Shown here piece after piece: positions 48,516-57,938 of a DNA stretch of 64,000 bases. Both the position numbers and the translations under genes were made by a program. Below the pieces are notes generated by a model. That model was given only the letters and a program-made list of their open reading frames with translations, ran no database searches and was not told the DNA's origin. Source of the DNA: an uncultured Phycisphaeraceae bacterium (GTDB lineage: Bacteria; Planctomycetota; Phycisphaerae; UBA1845). Numbering within the stretch: the stretch's first letter is position 1; the number at the start of each line of letters is the position of its first letter. The stretch covers positions 1,461 through 65,460 of the forward strand of contig CAZBUJ010000023.1 of NCBI GenBank assembly GCA_964495075.1. The letters are read 5' to 3'.

Positions 48516-49226
48516 TTACACGGGCCGCGTAAAGCCGAGGATCCGGGTAACCCAGCCGTCCTTCGAAGCGTCTCGGACGGCGCCGCCGTTCTGGTTGTCG
48601 ATCCTCAGATCCGCGAGTTGCGTGCTCAGGATCGTGTTGTCGGGCGTCACGTCACTCTTCCGGCACGTACCGGTGAGTGTCATCTCCATGACATCCCGAT
48701 CGAACTTGAGGTAGTTGCGGGCCTGGAGGACCAGGTTGCCGTTGGGCTTGACATCGATGATCTCCGCGGTGATCCGGGTGATGAAGCGATCCTCGCGGTC
48801 CTTGTCCCCTTCGTTCTTCGACTTCTCCTGGTACCGGTAGTCGATGTTGGGCTTTCCGCGGGCGAACGTGGAGGCACCGACGCCACCGTCGATGAACTTG
48901 ATGAACGCGTCGAGCTGGCTGGTGACGTCGAACTTGCGCTTGGTCTCCTGGGTCGCGTCCGATTCGAAGCTCCGCTGCTGCCGCACGATGATCGTGATCA
49001 GGTCATACACCTCGAACGTCTTGGGCGGATCGACCGGCACGGCGATTATCGAGTGCCGCTCCAGCACCTTGTTGCCCTGGTACTCGACGGCTTCGCGGCT
49101 GCTCGCGGACAGCACCGGCCGGGTGGTGGTAGCCGGGCGTCGGAGGGACGTCGATTGTGCCAGGGCGGTTTGGGCCGCTCCCGTCGCCAGCATCGCCCAG
49201 GCCACCGTGCACCAACGATTCATCAT
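48516..49226 (-). CDS. flgH: flagellar L-ring protein
   Basis: 236 aa with a signal peptide. DLITIIVRQQ.. and ITAEIIDVKPNGNLVLQARNYL match FlgH. Confidence 0.9.
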   Translation of the reverse strand: MMNRWCTVAWAMLATGAAQTALAQSTSLRRPATTTRPVLSASSREAVEYQGNKVLERHSIIAVPVDPPKTFEVYDLITIIVRQQRSFESDATQETKRKFDVTSQLDAFIKFIDGGVGASTFARGKPNIDYRYQEKSKNEGDKDREDRFITRITAEIIDVKPNGNLVLQARNYLKFDRDVMEMTLTGTCRKSDVTPDNTILSTQLADLRIDNQNGGAVRDASKDGWVTRILGFTRPV

Positions 49227-50335
49227 TCACCGCCTCCCGCGAGATAGACTTTTCCGTTTTCTTCCCGTTGCGGCGGCATGTGCACCTGGACCCGGCGCGG
49301 TCCGGTGACCACGCCGGTAATGGTGCGCCGCTTCCCGTCGTGCGTGCGCAGCTCGATAACGTCTCCGAACGCGCCGCTCTGCATAGCCTTGGCGGCGGTC
49401 ACCACGGTCACCCCGCCCGCCACGGAGTGCACCTCCACGATCTCGCCGCGATGGACGATGGGGACCGGCTCGAGCTGGTGGGCTTGAATGGGGTCCCCGG
49501 CCGGAATGAACTGGCGGGCCCGCTGCCCGAGCGCCTCGGCCACTTCGGACAACCCCATCTGCGTGAATTGCGTGAACGTCATGTCGATGACCTGGACGTC
49601 GTTCGTCTGGATCATGGCCTTGGCGTTGATGGCCCGGCGCGCCACCAGCACCGGGTGGGAGTAGCTGACCGTCGCCACGATGGGGACGACCTGCACCGTC
49701 TTGCCGTCCCGGCGAACCGTCACTTCGACGGTGGTCATGCCAAGCAATCGCCCCGACCGTCGCCGGACCACGAACGAAAACTCCGGTTCGGAAAGGTCGA
49801 GGACCGGCTGGGCGGTTCGCCCGAACTGGACGTTCACCGTGCCGTCCTCCCGCCCGATCTCGTTCCGGAAGTGCTCGATCACCGCCTGGCGGAGGGTCCG
49901 CGTCCCGGGCGTGGCCGGCGAGGTGGGGTCGACCGGGGCGACGGGCGCGGCCACGGGCGGCGGTGCCGGCACCAGGGGCCGCGTCACGGCGCACCGCGAC
50001 GCGCCCTTGACCAGCACGGCCGCGAGATTGACCTTGGCGCGGCCCAGCGCTTCCTTCACGTCCCAGATCTTCACGTAGACGGAACCGCCGGGCTTCGGGG
50101 CGGGCGCCACGACGAGGCCCCGGATCCGCTCGTACTCGTCCGGTGTGAATCCGTGCAGGTCGCACACGTCGGCCACCCGGATCTGGTCGTCGACCACCAC
50201 GGCGGTGGCCCACGCCCGCACGGTGGCCCCCTGGGCCGCCGCGCACGCGATGGCCGACACGCACGCGCCCACCAGGGCGACCCGCCGCATCGTTCGCGAG
50301 AACACGAATGGGTAGTTGCACTCCTTGCCGTTCAT
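49223..50335 (-). CDS. flgA: flagellar P-ring formation chaperone FlgA
   Basis: 370 aa (alternative start ATG 50290 gives a signal-like MRRVALVGACVSAIACAAAQG). C-terminal SAF-like segment IPAGDPIQAHQLEPVPIVHRGEIVEV. 4-nt overlap with flgH. Confidence 0.8.
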   Translation of the reverse strand: MNGKECNYPFVFSRTMRRVALVGACVSAIACAAAQGATVRAWATAVVVDDQIRVADVCDLHGFTPDEYERIRGLVVAPAPKPGGSVYVKIWDVKEALGRAKVNLAAVLVKGASRCAVTRPLVPAPPPVAAPVAPVDPTSPATPGTRTLRQAVIEHFRNEIGREDGTVNVQFGRTAQPVLDLSEPEFSFVVRRRSGRLLGMTTVEVTVRRDGKTVQVVPIVATVSYSHPVLVARRAINAKAMIQTNDVQVIDMTFTQFTQMGLSEVAEALGQRARQFIPAGDPIQAHQLEPVPIVHRGEIVEVHSVAGGVTVVTAAKAMQSGAFGDVIELRTHDGKRRTITGVVTGPRRVQVHMPPQREENGKVYLAGGGE

Positions 50336-50387
50336 CGCTGCATCCTGCCTGCTGAAGAACTCACTCTGTCGTTGCCCCTACGTCCGC

Positions 50388-51197
50388 CTAGAACCGCCTG
50401 AGGTTCGTGACGACCTGTAAAGCCTGGTCCGCCGCCTGGATGCTCTGACTGTTCAACTCGAACGAACGCTGGGTGGTGATCAGGGAGACCAGTTCCCGGA
50501 CCGGCTCGACGTTGCTCAGTTCGAGCTGGCCCTGGTACACGGCGCCCATGCCGTCGGTCTGCGGGTCACCCACGAACGGCGGCCCCGAGGCGTCCGTCTC
50601 CGCGTACAACGTATTGCCAATCTGCAACAACCCTTCCGGGTTGACGAAACGGGCCAGTTGAATCTGTCCGACCGTGTTGAGTGTCTCGGACCCCGTCTGG
50701 CGCACCCGCACCTCTCCGCTGGCCGAGACGGCGACCTGCGTCGTGTCGGCGGGCACGGTGATCGGCGGCTCCAGCGGCGTGCCGAGGCTATTGCCCAGCA
50801 CGATGGTGCCGTCCGGATTCTGGATGAAGTTGCCCGCCCGCGTGTAGGCGACGATGGGCGTGCCATTGAAGATCGAGCGAACCTGAAAGAAGCCCGGGCC
50901 GTTGATCCGCCAGTCAAGCTCCTTGTCGGTCGGGTCGATCGGGCCGGGCGTGAAGTCCAACTGCGTGCCCGACGTCTGAACACCCAGACCGACCTGGATG
51001 CCGTACGGCGTCGGCTCGTCCTCCGCGTTGGGGATGCCCGGCTCCCGTTTCGTGTCGTAGAGCAGATCCTCGAAATTGACACGCGATTTCTTGAACCCCG
51101 TCGTGTTGACGTTGGCTAGGTTATTCGCCGTCACGTCCAGCTTCTGGTCCAACGCCTTCATGCCCGACGCAGCCGAATGAAGCGCTACGATTGCCAT
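50388..51197 (-). CDS. flgG: flagellar distal rod protein
   Basis: 269 aa. LDVTANNLANVNTTGFKKSRVNFEDL N-terminus and LSNVEPVRELVSLITTQRSFE C-terminus. Confidence 0.95.
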   Translation of the reverse strand: MAIVALHSAASGMKALDQKLDVTANNLANVNTTGFKKSRVNFEDLLYDTKREPGIPNAEDEPTPYGIQVGLGVQTSGTQLDFTPGPIDPTDKELDWRINGPGFFQVRSIFNGTPIVAYTRAGNFIQNPDGTIVLGNSLGTPLEPPITVPADTTQVAVSASGEVRVRQTGSETLNTVGQIQLARFVNPEGLLQIGNTLYAETDASGPPFVGDPQTDGMGAVYQGQLELSNVEPVRELVSLITTQRSFELNSQSIQAADQALQVVTNLRRF

Positions 51198-51209
51198 TTT
51201 CGGTGATCC

Positions 51210-51971
51210 TTATCCGATCCGTCCCACGCGATTCACGGCCTGGCCGTTGATCTCGTCCTGCATCGTGATCATCCGGGCGTTCGTCTCGTACGCCCGGGTG
51301 ACTTCGATCATGGTCATCAACCCCTCCACGGGAGTAACCGTCGAAGCCTCCACGAAGCCCACTTTCAGGCTGGACGTGGTCGGCTGAGTCTTCACGTCGT
51401 TCGTCCCGATGAAGAGGTTCTGGCCGACCTTGCGAAGCTTCCGCACGTCATCCACGTCGACCACGCCCAGGCGGGCGACTCGCGTGCCGTCCTGCTCGAC
51501 GCTCCCCCCGGCGGTGATGTCCACCGGCTGGTGGCGGTTCACCACGATCGGACTGCCCCCTTCGTCGAGGAACTTGATGGTCCCGTTGCCGGCCATGCTG
51601 ACCAGCTCGCCCTGCGTGTTGATGGTCATGCGCCCGTCGCGGGTGAAACGGGGCTGGTCGCCGTCGAGCACGGTGAAGAACCCGTCGCCATCGATGGCGA
51701 CGTCGTGCTTGCCGCCCGGTCGAAACGCCCCCTGCTCGAACGAGTGGTACGTGGGCCGCACCCACGGCCCGCCCGTCATCCCGTCGTACAGTGGGTTGCG
51801 GTAACGCAGGCCGCGGGAATCGGTGGCACTTTCCACCCGTCGCTCGTGGATCACCGCGAGGTCGCGTTTGAATCCCACCGTGTCGACGTTGGCCATGTTG
51901 TTGGCGGCCAGCGCCTGGCGGTACTCATTCACCTGCATGCCGGCCGCGGAGAGCCATAGACCGTAGTCCAT
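51210..51971 (-). CDS. flgF: flagellar proximal rod protein
   Basis: 253 aa. ALAANNMANVDTVGFKRDLA N-terminus and MIEVTRAYETNARMI C-terminus. Confidence 0.9.
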   Translation of the reverse strand: MDYGLWLSAAGMQVNEYRQALAANNMANVDTVGFKRDLAVIHERRVESATDSRGLRYRNPLYDGMTGGPWVRPTYHSFEQGAFRPGGKHDVAIDGDGFFTVLDGDQPRFTRDGRMTINTQGELVSMAGNGTIKFLDEGGSPIVVNRHQPVDITAGGSVEQDGTRVARLGVVDVDDVRKLRKVGQNLFIGTNDVKTQPTTSSLKVGFVEASTVTPVEGLMTMIEVTRAYETNARMITMQDEINGQAVNRVGRIG

Positions 51972-52216
51972 CAGTTCCAGCTCGCATCCAAAGGGAAGTC
52001 GGGCGGCCCGTCGTCGTCGGCGTGATCGTCATCCAGGGCGATATGCGAACCGCCGACCAGCAGCAGCGCGATGGTCAGCGACGACGGGTCGGTCGCGATC
52101 TCGTCAACGAGTTCGCCGGCCAGCCGTCGAATCGTTTCGCCAAGATCGGCCCACGAGCCTTCGCTGACGAACACCTCGATGTCGGGCTCAACGTGCTTCA
52201 GGCGGTTGTGGTGCAT
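51971..52216 (-). CDS. small acidic hypothetical protein translationally coupled to flgF
   Basis: ORF track 51971..52285, trimmed to ATG 52216, which is preceded by AGGGAG. The stop overlaps the flgF ATG (ATGA). No family recognised. Confidence 0.5.
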   Translation of the reverse strand: MHHNRLKHVEPDIEVFVSEGSWADLGETIRRLAGELVDEIATDPSSLTIALLLVGGSHIALDDDHADDDGPPDFPLDASWN

Positions 52217-52620
52217 GACAACTCCCTTGCTCCCGGGTATGGCGGCGCATAGCGCGGAGCCATTGTCTGAAACCCGATAGGACAACCGCCGTGCCAGAAC
52301 GCCGGGGCATTCGGCGGACGGCCCGCCAGGGACCCGCGTAACCGGCAGCCAAACAAGCGCTTAGAATGATGGGCGGACGATTCGGGGTGGGCCCGGCGGC
52401 GTGACGCACCCAGCCGCCGAAGCGCAGGACCTGCCGATCCGGGAGGCAGGAGTTGCCGATGGAGGCGGGAGAAACGACGTCGGGCGGACGGCGCCGTCAA
52501 AGCGCACCGCAGGGAGCCAGAACCGGTTCAGTCGCGGGGCCGGTTCGCGACGCGACATCGGGCCGGTGCGCACCAGCTCTGCGAATCCACCGCGCCGCGG
52601 TCCGGGCCGAAGCGCGCGAT

Positions 52621-53313
52621 CTAGGGCAGGTCAGTCGGGGGGAGCGCCGCTTGCCCGTCCGGAAGCTCCGGGCTGAACAGGTCGCTGGGTGGTTCGGGGG
52701 TGGTCGGCGTGGGCCGACGCTCGGCGTTCTGCAAGGCGGCTTCCAGCCGCAGGATCATCGCGTCGACTTGCGTGTAAAGGGCATCGCGTTCGCCTTCGGC
52801 ATAGGCCCACTTGGCCCGCGCTTGGGCCTCGCGTTGCTCCGTGTCGGCCAGTCGGCGGCGCAACTGGTCGAGTTCGAGGCGAAGTCGTTGGGATTCGGCG
52901 TCGGCGACGGCCAGGGCCTGCGTGGCGGCGGCCGTCTCGCGGCGAATCGAGGCGAGATCAGCCCGCTTGCGATCCGCCGCATCGGTGAGCCGTTCCACGG
53001 TGGCCTCCGCGCTGACGAGTTGGACGGACAGCGCGGCCCGCTCCTGCTGCAGTGCGGACTGCCGCTTGAGGGTGATCCATCCGCCGGCCACGATGGCGGC
53101 GCCGAGGAGCACGGCGAGGGTCCAGGCGGCCCCAGCCACGCGTCGGGCCCGGCGCAGCTCCGCGTGCATGTCCGCCTGAATCGCCGAGTAGAGCGGGTCA
53201 TCGCCGCCGATGGCGGCACGTGGCGGCGGCGCGGGCGGGGTGCGCCCCAACTCGCCCACCATGCGGGAGAACGGGCCCACCGCAGCACCGGACACTTGCT
53301 CATCGAACCTCAT
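52621..53313 (-). CDS. single-pass membrane protein with long coiled coil
   Basis: 230 aa. One TM (AAWTLAVLLGAAIVAGGWI) is followed by heptad-rich Q/E/R/A/L sequence. No family recognised. Confidence 0.55.
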   Translation of the reverse strand: MRFDEQVSGAAVGPFSRMVGELGRTPPAPPPRAAIGGDDPLYSAIQADMHAELRRARRVAGAAWTLAVLLGAAIVAGGWITLKRQSALQQERAALSVQLVSAEATVERLTDAADRKRADLASIRRETAAATQALAVADAESQRLRLELDQLRRRLADTEQREAQARAKWAYAEGERDALYTQVDAMILRLEAALQNAERRPTPTTPEPPSDLFSPELPDGQAALPPTDLP

Positions 53314-53518
53314 TTACATCCATCCATGGTCGGCCCAGCACGGGCTGCCACCGCGCGGGTCGACCGGCGCGTACACTCACGTTATCGGCCTACCGCAGGT
53401 GTGAATTGAGGTATCCGGGGCCTCGCAGGGCGGGTCGACTCATTTGCTTTTCACCCCTGGTCCGGATAATTTGGCGGCTCGCAGCTTGGCAACCCGGACC
53501 CGAATCAAAGGACAATCC

Positions 53519-54781
53519 ATGAGCAGCAGCAGCGACCCCGCCACCTCCGCCATCGCCCGGACGGACCCGGACGTTTTTGCCGCCGTGGCGGACGAGGAAG
53601 CGCGGCAGCAATACACCGTGGAGTTGATCGCGTCGGAAAATCACGTGTCGGCGGCCGTGCGCGAAGCGGCCGGCTCGGTCTTCACCAACAAGTACGCGGA
53701 AGGGTATCCCGGCCGCCGCTACTACGGCGGGTGCGTGAACATGGACCGGGTCGAGAACCTGGCCCGCGATCGGCTCAAGCGGCTGTTCGGGGCGGACCAT
53801 GTCAACGTGCAGGCCCACTCGGGCAGCCAGGCCAACGCCGCGGTGTACCTGGCCGTGCTCCAGCCGGGTGACACCATCCTGTCGCTCGACCTCGCGCACG
53901 GCGGACACCTCTCGCACGGGCTGAAGGTGAACATGAGCGGGCTGCTGTACAACATCGTGCCCTACGGGGTCGACAAGGAGACCGAGCAGTTCGATTACGG
54001 CGAGATCCGCCGGTTGGCCCGCGAACACAAGCCGAAGCTGGTACTCTCGGGCGCCTCGGCGTATCCCCGCACGATCGATTTCGACAAGTTCACGGAGATC
54101 GCCCACGAGGTCGACGCGTGCCACATGGCCGACATCGCCCACATCGCGGGTATGGTGGCGGTCGGGCTGCATCCCAGCCCGGTTCCGTCGGCCGAGTTCG
54201 TCACGTCCACCACACACAAGACGCTGCGGGGCCCGCGGGGCGGGATCGTGATGTGCAAAGAGCAGTGGGCCAAGAAAATCGACTCCCGCATCTTCCCGGG
54301 CACCCAGGGCGGCCCGTTGATGCACATCATCACCGCCAAGGCGGTCGCGTTCGGCGAAGCCCTCCAACCGGACTTCAAGACGTACCAGCAGCAGATCCTG
54401 GACAACGCCCAGGCCCTGGGGGAGGCGCTGATGTCGCTCGGAAACCGCCTGGTATCGGGAGGGACGGACAATCACCTCATGCTCGTCGATCTCCGGCCGA
54501 ACTACCCCGACGTCACAGGTCGCGACGCGGAAGGCTGGCTCGAGCAGGCCGGCATTATCACGAACAAGAACATGATCCCGTTCGATGAACGCAAGCCGGT
54601 GGAAACGAGCGGACTCCGCATCGGCACGCCCGCCCTCACCACGCGGGGCATGAAGACGGGCGAGATGAAGACCGTGGCCACCTGGCTCGACAAGGTCCTT
54701 CGATCCGGCGGCGACGCGGCGGTCATCAAACAGGTCAATGCGGAGGTGCGCGAGTTGTGCGAACAGTTCCCGTTGCCGTAA
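53519..54781 (+). CDS. glyA: serine hydroxymethyltransferase
   Basis: ORF track 53444..54781, trimmed to ATG 53519. [24 protein letters not shown], and [14 protein letters not shown] (PLP lysine). Confidence 0.97.
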   Translation: MSSSSDPATSAIARTDPDVFAAVADEEARQQYTVELIASENHVSAAVREAAGSVFTNKYAEGYPGRRYYGGCVNMDRVENLARDRLKRLFGADHVNVQAHSGSQANAAVYLAVLQPGDTILSLDLAHGGHLSHGLKVNMSGLLYNIVPYGVDKETEQFDYGEIRRLAREHKPKLVLSGASAYPRTIDFDKFTEIAHEVDACHMADIAHIAGMVAVGLHPSPVPSAEFVTSTTHKTLRGPRGGIVMCKEQWAKKIDSRIFPGTQGGPLMHIITAKAVAFGEALQPDFKTYQQQILDNAQALGEALMSLGNRLVSGGTDNHLMLVDLRPNYPDVTGRDAEGWLEQAGIITNKNMIPFDERKPVETSGLRIGTPALTTRGMKTGEMKTVATWLDKVLRSGGDAAVIKQVNAEVRELCEQFPLP

Positions 54782-55485
54782 CCCCCTTCGCGCGGGACTG
54801 CTCGCCACCAGGCACCGCCTCCCCGGCCGGCACGCGGTGGAATCGGCTCGCCGCGCGGGGCACCCGGGCGTTCGTCGTCACGGCGATCCTGGGGTGCGTG
54901 GGATGCGGCGGATCCGCGTCGTTGTCGATGGTGCCGATGTCAAACGCCACGATCGACCCGGCGTCGTCACTCGTCGTCAATCTGTCCGCCAGCGAGTGCT
55001 ACTTCTGGATCGACGAGCCGGCGCAGCAGCTCCACATCGCCCTGACCCACGGGGCACCCAACTGGCTCAGCGACGCGGACGCCCCCGCGCTGGACGTGTC
55101 GCTCGTGCTGGACGGCCTCCCGGCGAACAACGCCCGCGACTACCGCATCAACCGGCGCACGCTACGGGGGACCGCCAACGAGGATCACCATCACGTGCGA
55201 TTCGCTTCGCAGCGGGGCGTTGCGGCCGTCTGGTTTGAAGGCCCCACTCGCCTCCGCGGGCGCATGCGCGTCTACACCAAGCACCAGCGTTACAATCTGC
55301 TCTTCGGCTGGCACGACTCGCAGCCCGTGCTCCTACTGGGCGAATTCACCGCCATCCGGGATCAGCAGCGCTGCGAGGCCATCGTCGCTCGGACCGAACA
55401 GGGAGGGATGGCGCGCGACCTGGCCCCACCGGACCAGAGTGGTCCGCGCCCGATATCCGGTCCCCCCGTATTACCAGACGAGTAG
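54757..55485 (+). CDS. hypothetical lipoprotein
   Basis: GTG 54757 overlaps the glyA end. The lipobox-like [10 protein letters not shown] comes ~45 aa in. The start is uncertain and no family was recognised. Confidence 0.45.
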   Translation: MRTVPVAVTPFARDCSPPGTASPAGTRWNRLAARGTRAFVVTAILGCVGCGGSASLSMVPMSNATIDPASSLVVNLSASECYFWIDEPAQQLHIALTHGAPNWLSDADAPALDVSLVLDGLPANNARDYRINRRTLRGTANEDHHHVRFASQRGVAAVWFEGPTRLRGRMRVYTKHQRYNLLFGWHDSQPVLLLGEFTAIRDQQRCEAIVARTEQGGMARDLAPPDQSGPRPISGPPVLPDE

Positions 55486-55903
55486 CGCCCCGTTGCGGAC
55501 ACCCTGCATGTCGGTCTGAACCGGCCTTCCGGACGCCGGGACCGCCCCGGTGTCCCATTATCACACCCGTGTTTGGAGCGGAGCGATGGGAATGGCGTTT
55601 CGGCGTGGATTCCTCCGCGGGGAGCGGGCGATTCGCCGGGGCCGCGTCCCGCCGGGCCACGTTTCGGCGGCGACGAGCAACCTTACAGCATCTCTGACAA
55701 TTTTCGACGCCGTGGACTCGACGGGGAGTGGATACGCTGGCATAATGGAAACGGATATTCGAGGCGCCGATCTTCGGCATGGAGTGAACGAGAAACCGAG
55801 GTCCAAGCACTAATATCATCCATACGCAACTATCATCCGCCGGGTACATCCATCACGATTACCTGACTCATAGTGTCATATATAGTTGTCATAAGGACCT
55901 CCG

Positions 55904-57448
55904 ATGCTCCGTTTCTTCGTTTTCGCCGAGGACAAGACTGTAACCTCTGTCGATCTGGACGGTGCCTACCTTGTAGGCGGCGACGGCGTGCCACTCCGCG
56001 CCGACATCGATTACAAGAAGGGTCAGATCGTCTGCACCAAACGCTCGCCCGGTCCCGCGGCGCTGGCCGTCCTGTGGCCGGTCCCGGGCATGGGCCGTAT
56101 CCTCCTTGAAACAACCCGATTGCCCGAGCGGGAGAAGCCCTACATCGTCCAGGTGGAGTTGTTGCGCGGTCGTCTGATGCGCATCATCAACAAGGTCGAA
56201 GAGTGGCAGCAGTTCGACGCGACCGCGGGTGAACAGGCCCGACCGATCATTCAGCAATGCCGGCTGGCCCTGATCGAATCGCTGCAGGCCAAGACGCCCG
56301 AACAGGCCGCCTCCATCGCGGACAGGGGCCTGGCCACCGCCGTCCAGATTGGGGAGGACATGGTGCTGCAACTGGCCCAGGACCTGTACGCCCGCCGGCG
56401 CCGGCAGCCGCAGATCGCGCCCCGGCATCCGTTCGGGTGCACGGTGGACGTCGCCAACGGCAGCGAGGAGTATCGGTTGTTCTTCGCCAGGGCGTTCGAT
56501 TTCGCCAGTGTCCCGTTCTCGTGGCAGGCCCTCCAGCCCAGCGAGCAGCAGTTCAATTGGCGGCCGACGGACCTCTGGGTCGACTGGCTGACAAAGCACC
56601 GGATCCCCATCCACGGCGCCTCGCTCGTCTCGTTCACCGAGCAGCACGTCCCGCCCTGGGTGTACGTCTGGGAGCACGACTTTGAAACGCTGCGCGACCT
56701 CATCTGCGACCATGTGCGTCGCGTGGTGCAGCGGTATGGCAACAAGATCGCCGTGTGGGAAGTCATCAGCGGGATTCATGCGAACAACTGCCTGTCATTC
56801 AACTTCGAACAACTGATGGAACTGACCCGCACCACCATCGCGGTGACCAAGCAGGTTTGTCCGCGAACGCCCATGACCATCGATCTGGTGGCCCCGTGGG
56901 GTGAGTATTACGCCCGCAACCCGCGGACTATTCCCCCGCTGCTGTACGCCGACATGGCCATTCAGAGCGGGATCAACTTCGACGGGTTCGGGCTGCAGTT
57001 TTACTTCGGACTCGGCGTGGATGGCATGTTCGTTCGCGACTTCTTCCAGATCTCCAACCTTCTCGACCGTTTCTCCGCGCTGGGGCGTCCGCTTCACGTG
57101 ACGGCGGTACAGGTGCCATCTGCCATGGAGTCACACAAGGACGACGCCTGGGGCGGCCGGATGTCCGTGATCAGCGGGGGCATGTGGCGTGCGGCATGGA
57201 GTGAGCAAACCCAGTCCAAGTGGCTGCGATGTTTCTACGAACTGGCGTTGAGCAAGCCGATGGTGGAGTCGGTCACGTGGCGCAAGCTGTCCGATCACGA
57301 CGGTCACCACCTGCCATTCGGCGGCCTGCTGCGGGCGGACATGACGCCCAAACCGGCGTTCGAAGAGCTGACGGCCATGCGGAAGGAGCTTTTGAATAAC
57401 GGCCGCGGAGGCCGGGCCGTCCCGGCCGGCAACCCCGCCAGACGCTAG
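55904..57448 (+). CDS. glycoside hydrolase family 10-like protein, apparently lacking both catalytic glutamates
   Basis: 514 aa with no signal peptide. GH10-like strand pattern (FASVPFSWQALQP..FNW, HGASLVSFTEQHVPPWV, IAVWEVISG, FDGFGLQFYFG, LHVTAVQVP). Confidence 0.7.
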   Translation: MLRFFVFAEDKTVTSVDLDGAYLVGGDGVPLRADIDYKKGQIVCTKRSPGPAALAVLWPVPGMGRILLETTRLPEREKPYIVQVELLRGRLMRIINKVEEWQQFDATAGEQARPIIQQCRLALIESLQAKTPEQAASIADRGLATAVQIGEDMVLQLAQDLYARRRRQPQIAPRHPFGCTVDVANGSEEYRLFFARAFDFASVPFSWQALQPSEQQFNWRPTDLWVDWLTKHRIPIHGASLVSFTEQHVPPWVYVWEHDFETLRDLICDHVRRVVQRYGNKIAVWEVISGIHANNCLSFNFEQLMELTRTTIAVTKQVCPRTPMTIDLVAPWGEYYARNPRTIPPLLYADMAIQSGINFDGFGLQFYFGLGVDGMFVRDFFQISNLLDRFSALGRPLHVTAVQVPSAMESHKDDAWGGRMSVISGGMWRAAWSEQTQSKWLRCFYELALSKPMVESVTWRKLSDHDGHHLPFGGLLRADMTPKPAFEELTAMRKELLNNGRGGRAVPAGNPARR

Positions 57449-57510
57449 GCCGAGGGGGACTCCGTGTGGGCGGCGAACGCTTCCAGTCCGACGTGGCGCG
57501 GGATCAGCCC

Positions 57511-57927
57511 ATGATCGGTGTCGGGCGGGTCCCACCCGCGGTGGGCTGTTCTGGGCGGCACGGCCTCACCGCCGGACAACTCACAATCCTGATCACCGCT
57601 CCCCTGTTCGCGTGGCTCGCGGTCAGCGTCCCCGGTCGGCCCGACGTGCCGGCCCCGACGCAGCCCGGGGGGCGATCCGCGCTGGTGCGGTCGCAGATCG
57701 ATCCCAACAGCGCCCCGTGGTGGGAGTTGACAGCCCTGCCGGGCATCGGGGCAACGAAGGCCAAACGCATCGTGGACTACCGGCAATCGCACCAGGGTGA
57801 ACAACCGGCATTTCGGCAGCCGGCCGACCTGGACCCGGTACCCGGCATCGGCCCGAAAACGATCCAGCAAATCGCACCGCGCCTGGCGTTTCCTGACTCG
57901 CGCCACGCCATGCGCCCTGCCGTATAG
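57511..57927 (+). CDS. ComEA-like helix-hairpin-helix DNA-binding protein
   Basis: ORF track 57466..57927; ATG 57511. One TM, then tandem HhH motifs (ELTALPGIGATKAKRIVDYR and LDPVPGIGPKTIQQI). Confidence 0.75.
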   Translation: MIGVGRVPPAVGCSGRHGLTAGQLTILITAPLFAWLAVSVPGRPDVPAPTQPGGRSALVRSQIDPNSAPWWELTALPGIGATKAKRIVDYRQSHQGEQPAFRQPADLDPVPGIGPKTIQQIAPRLAFPDSRHAMRPAV

Positions 57928-57938
57928 CGCACCCGGTG

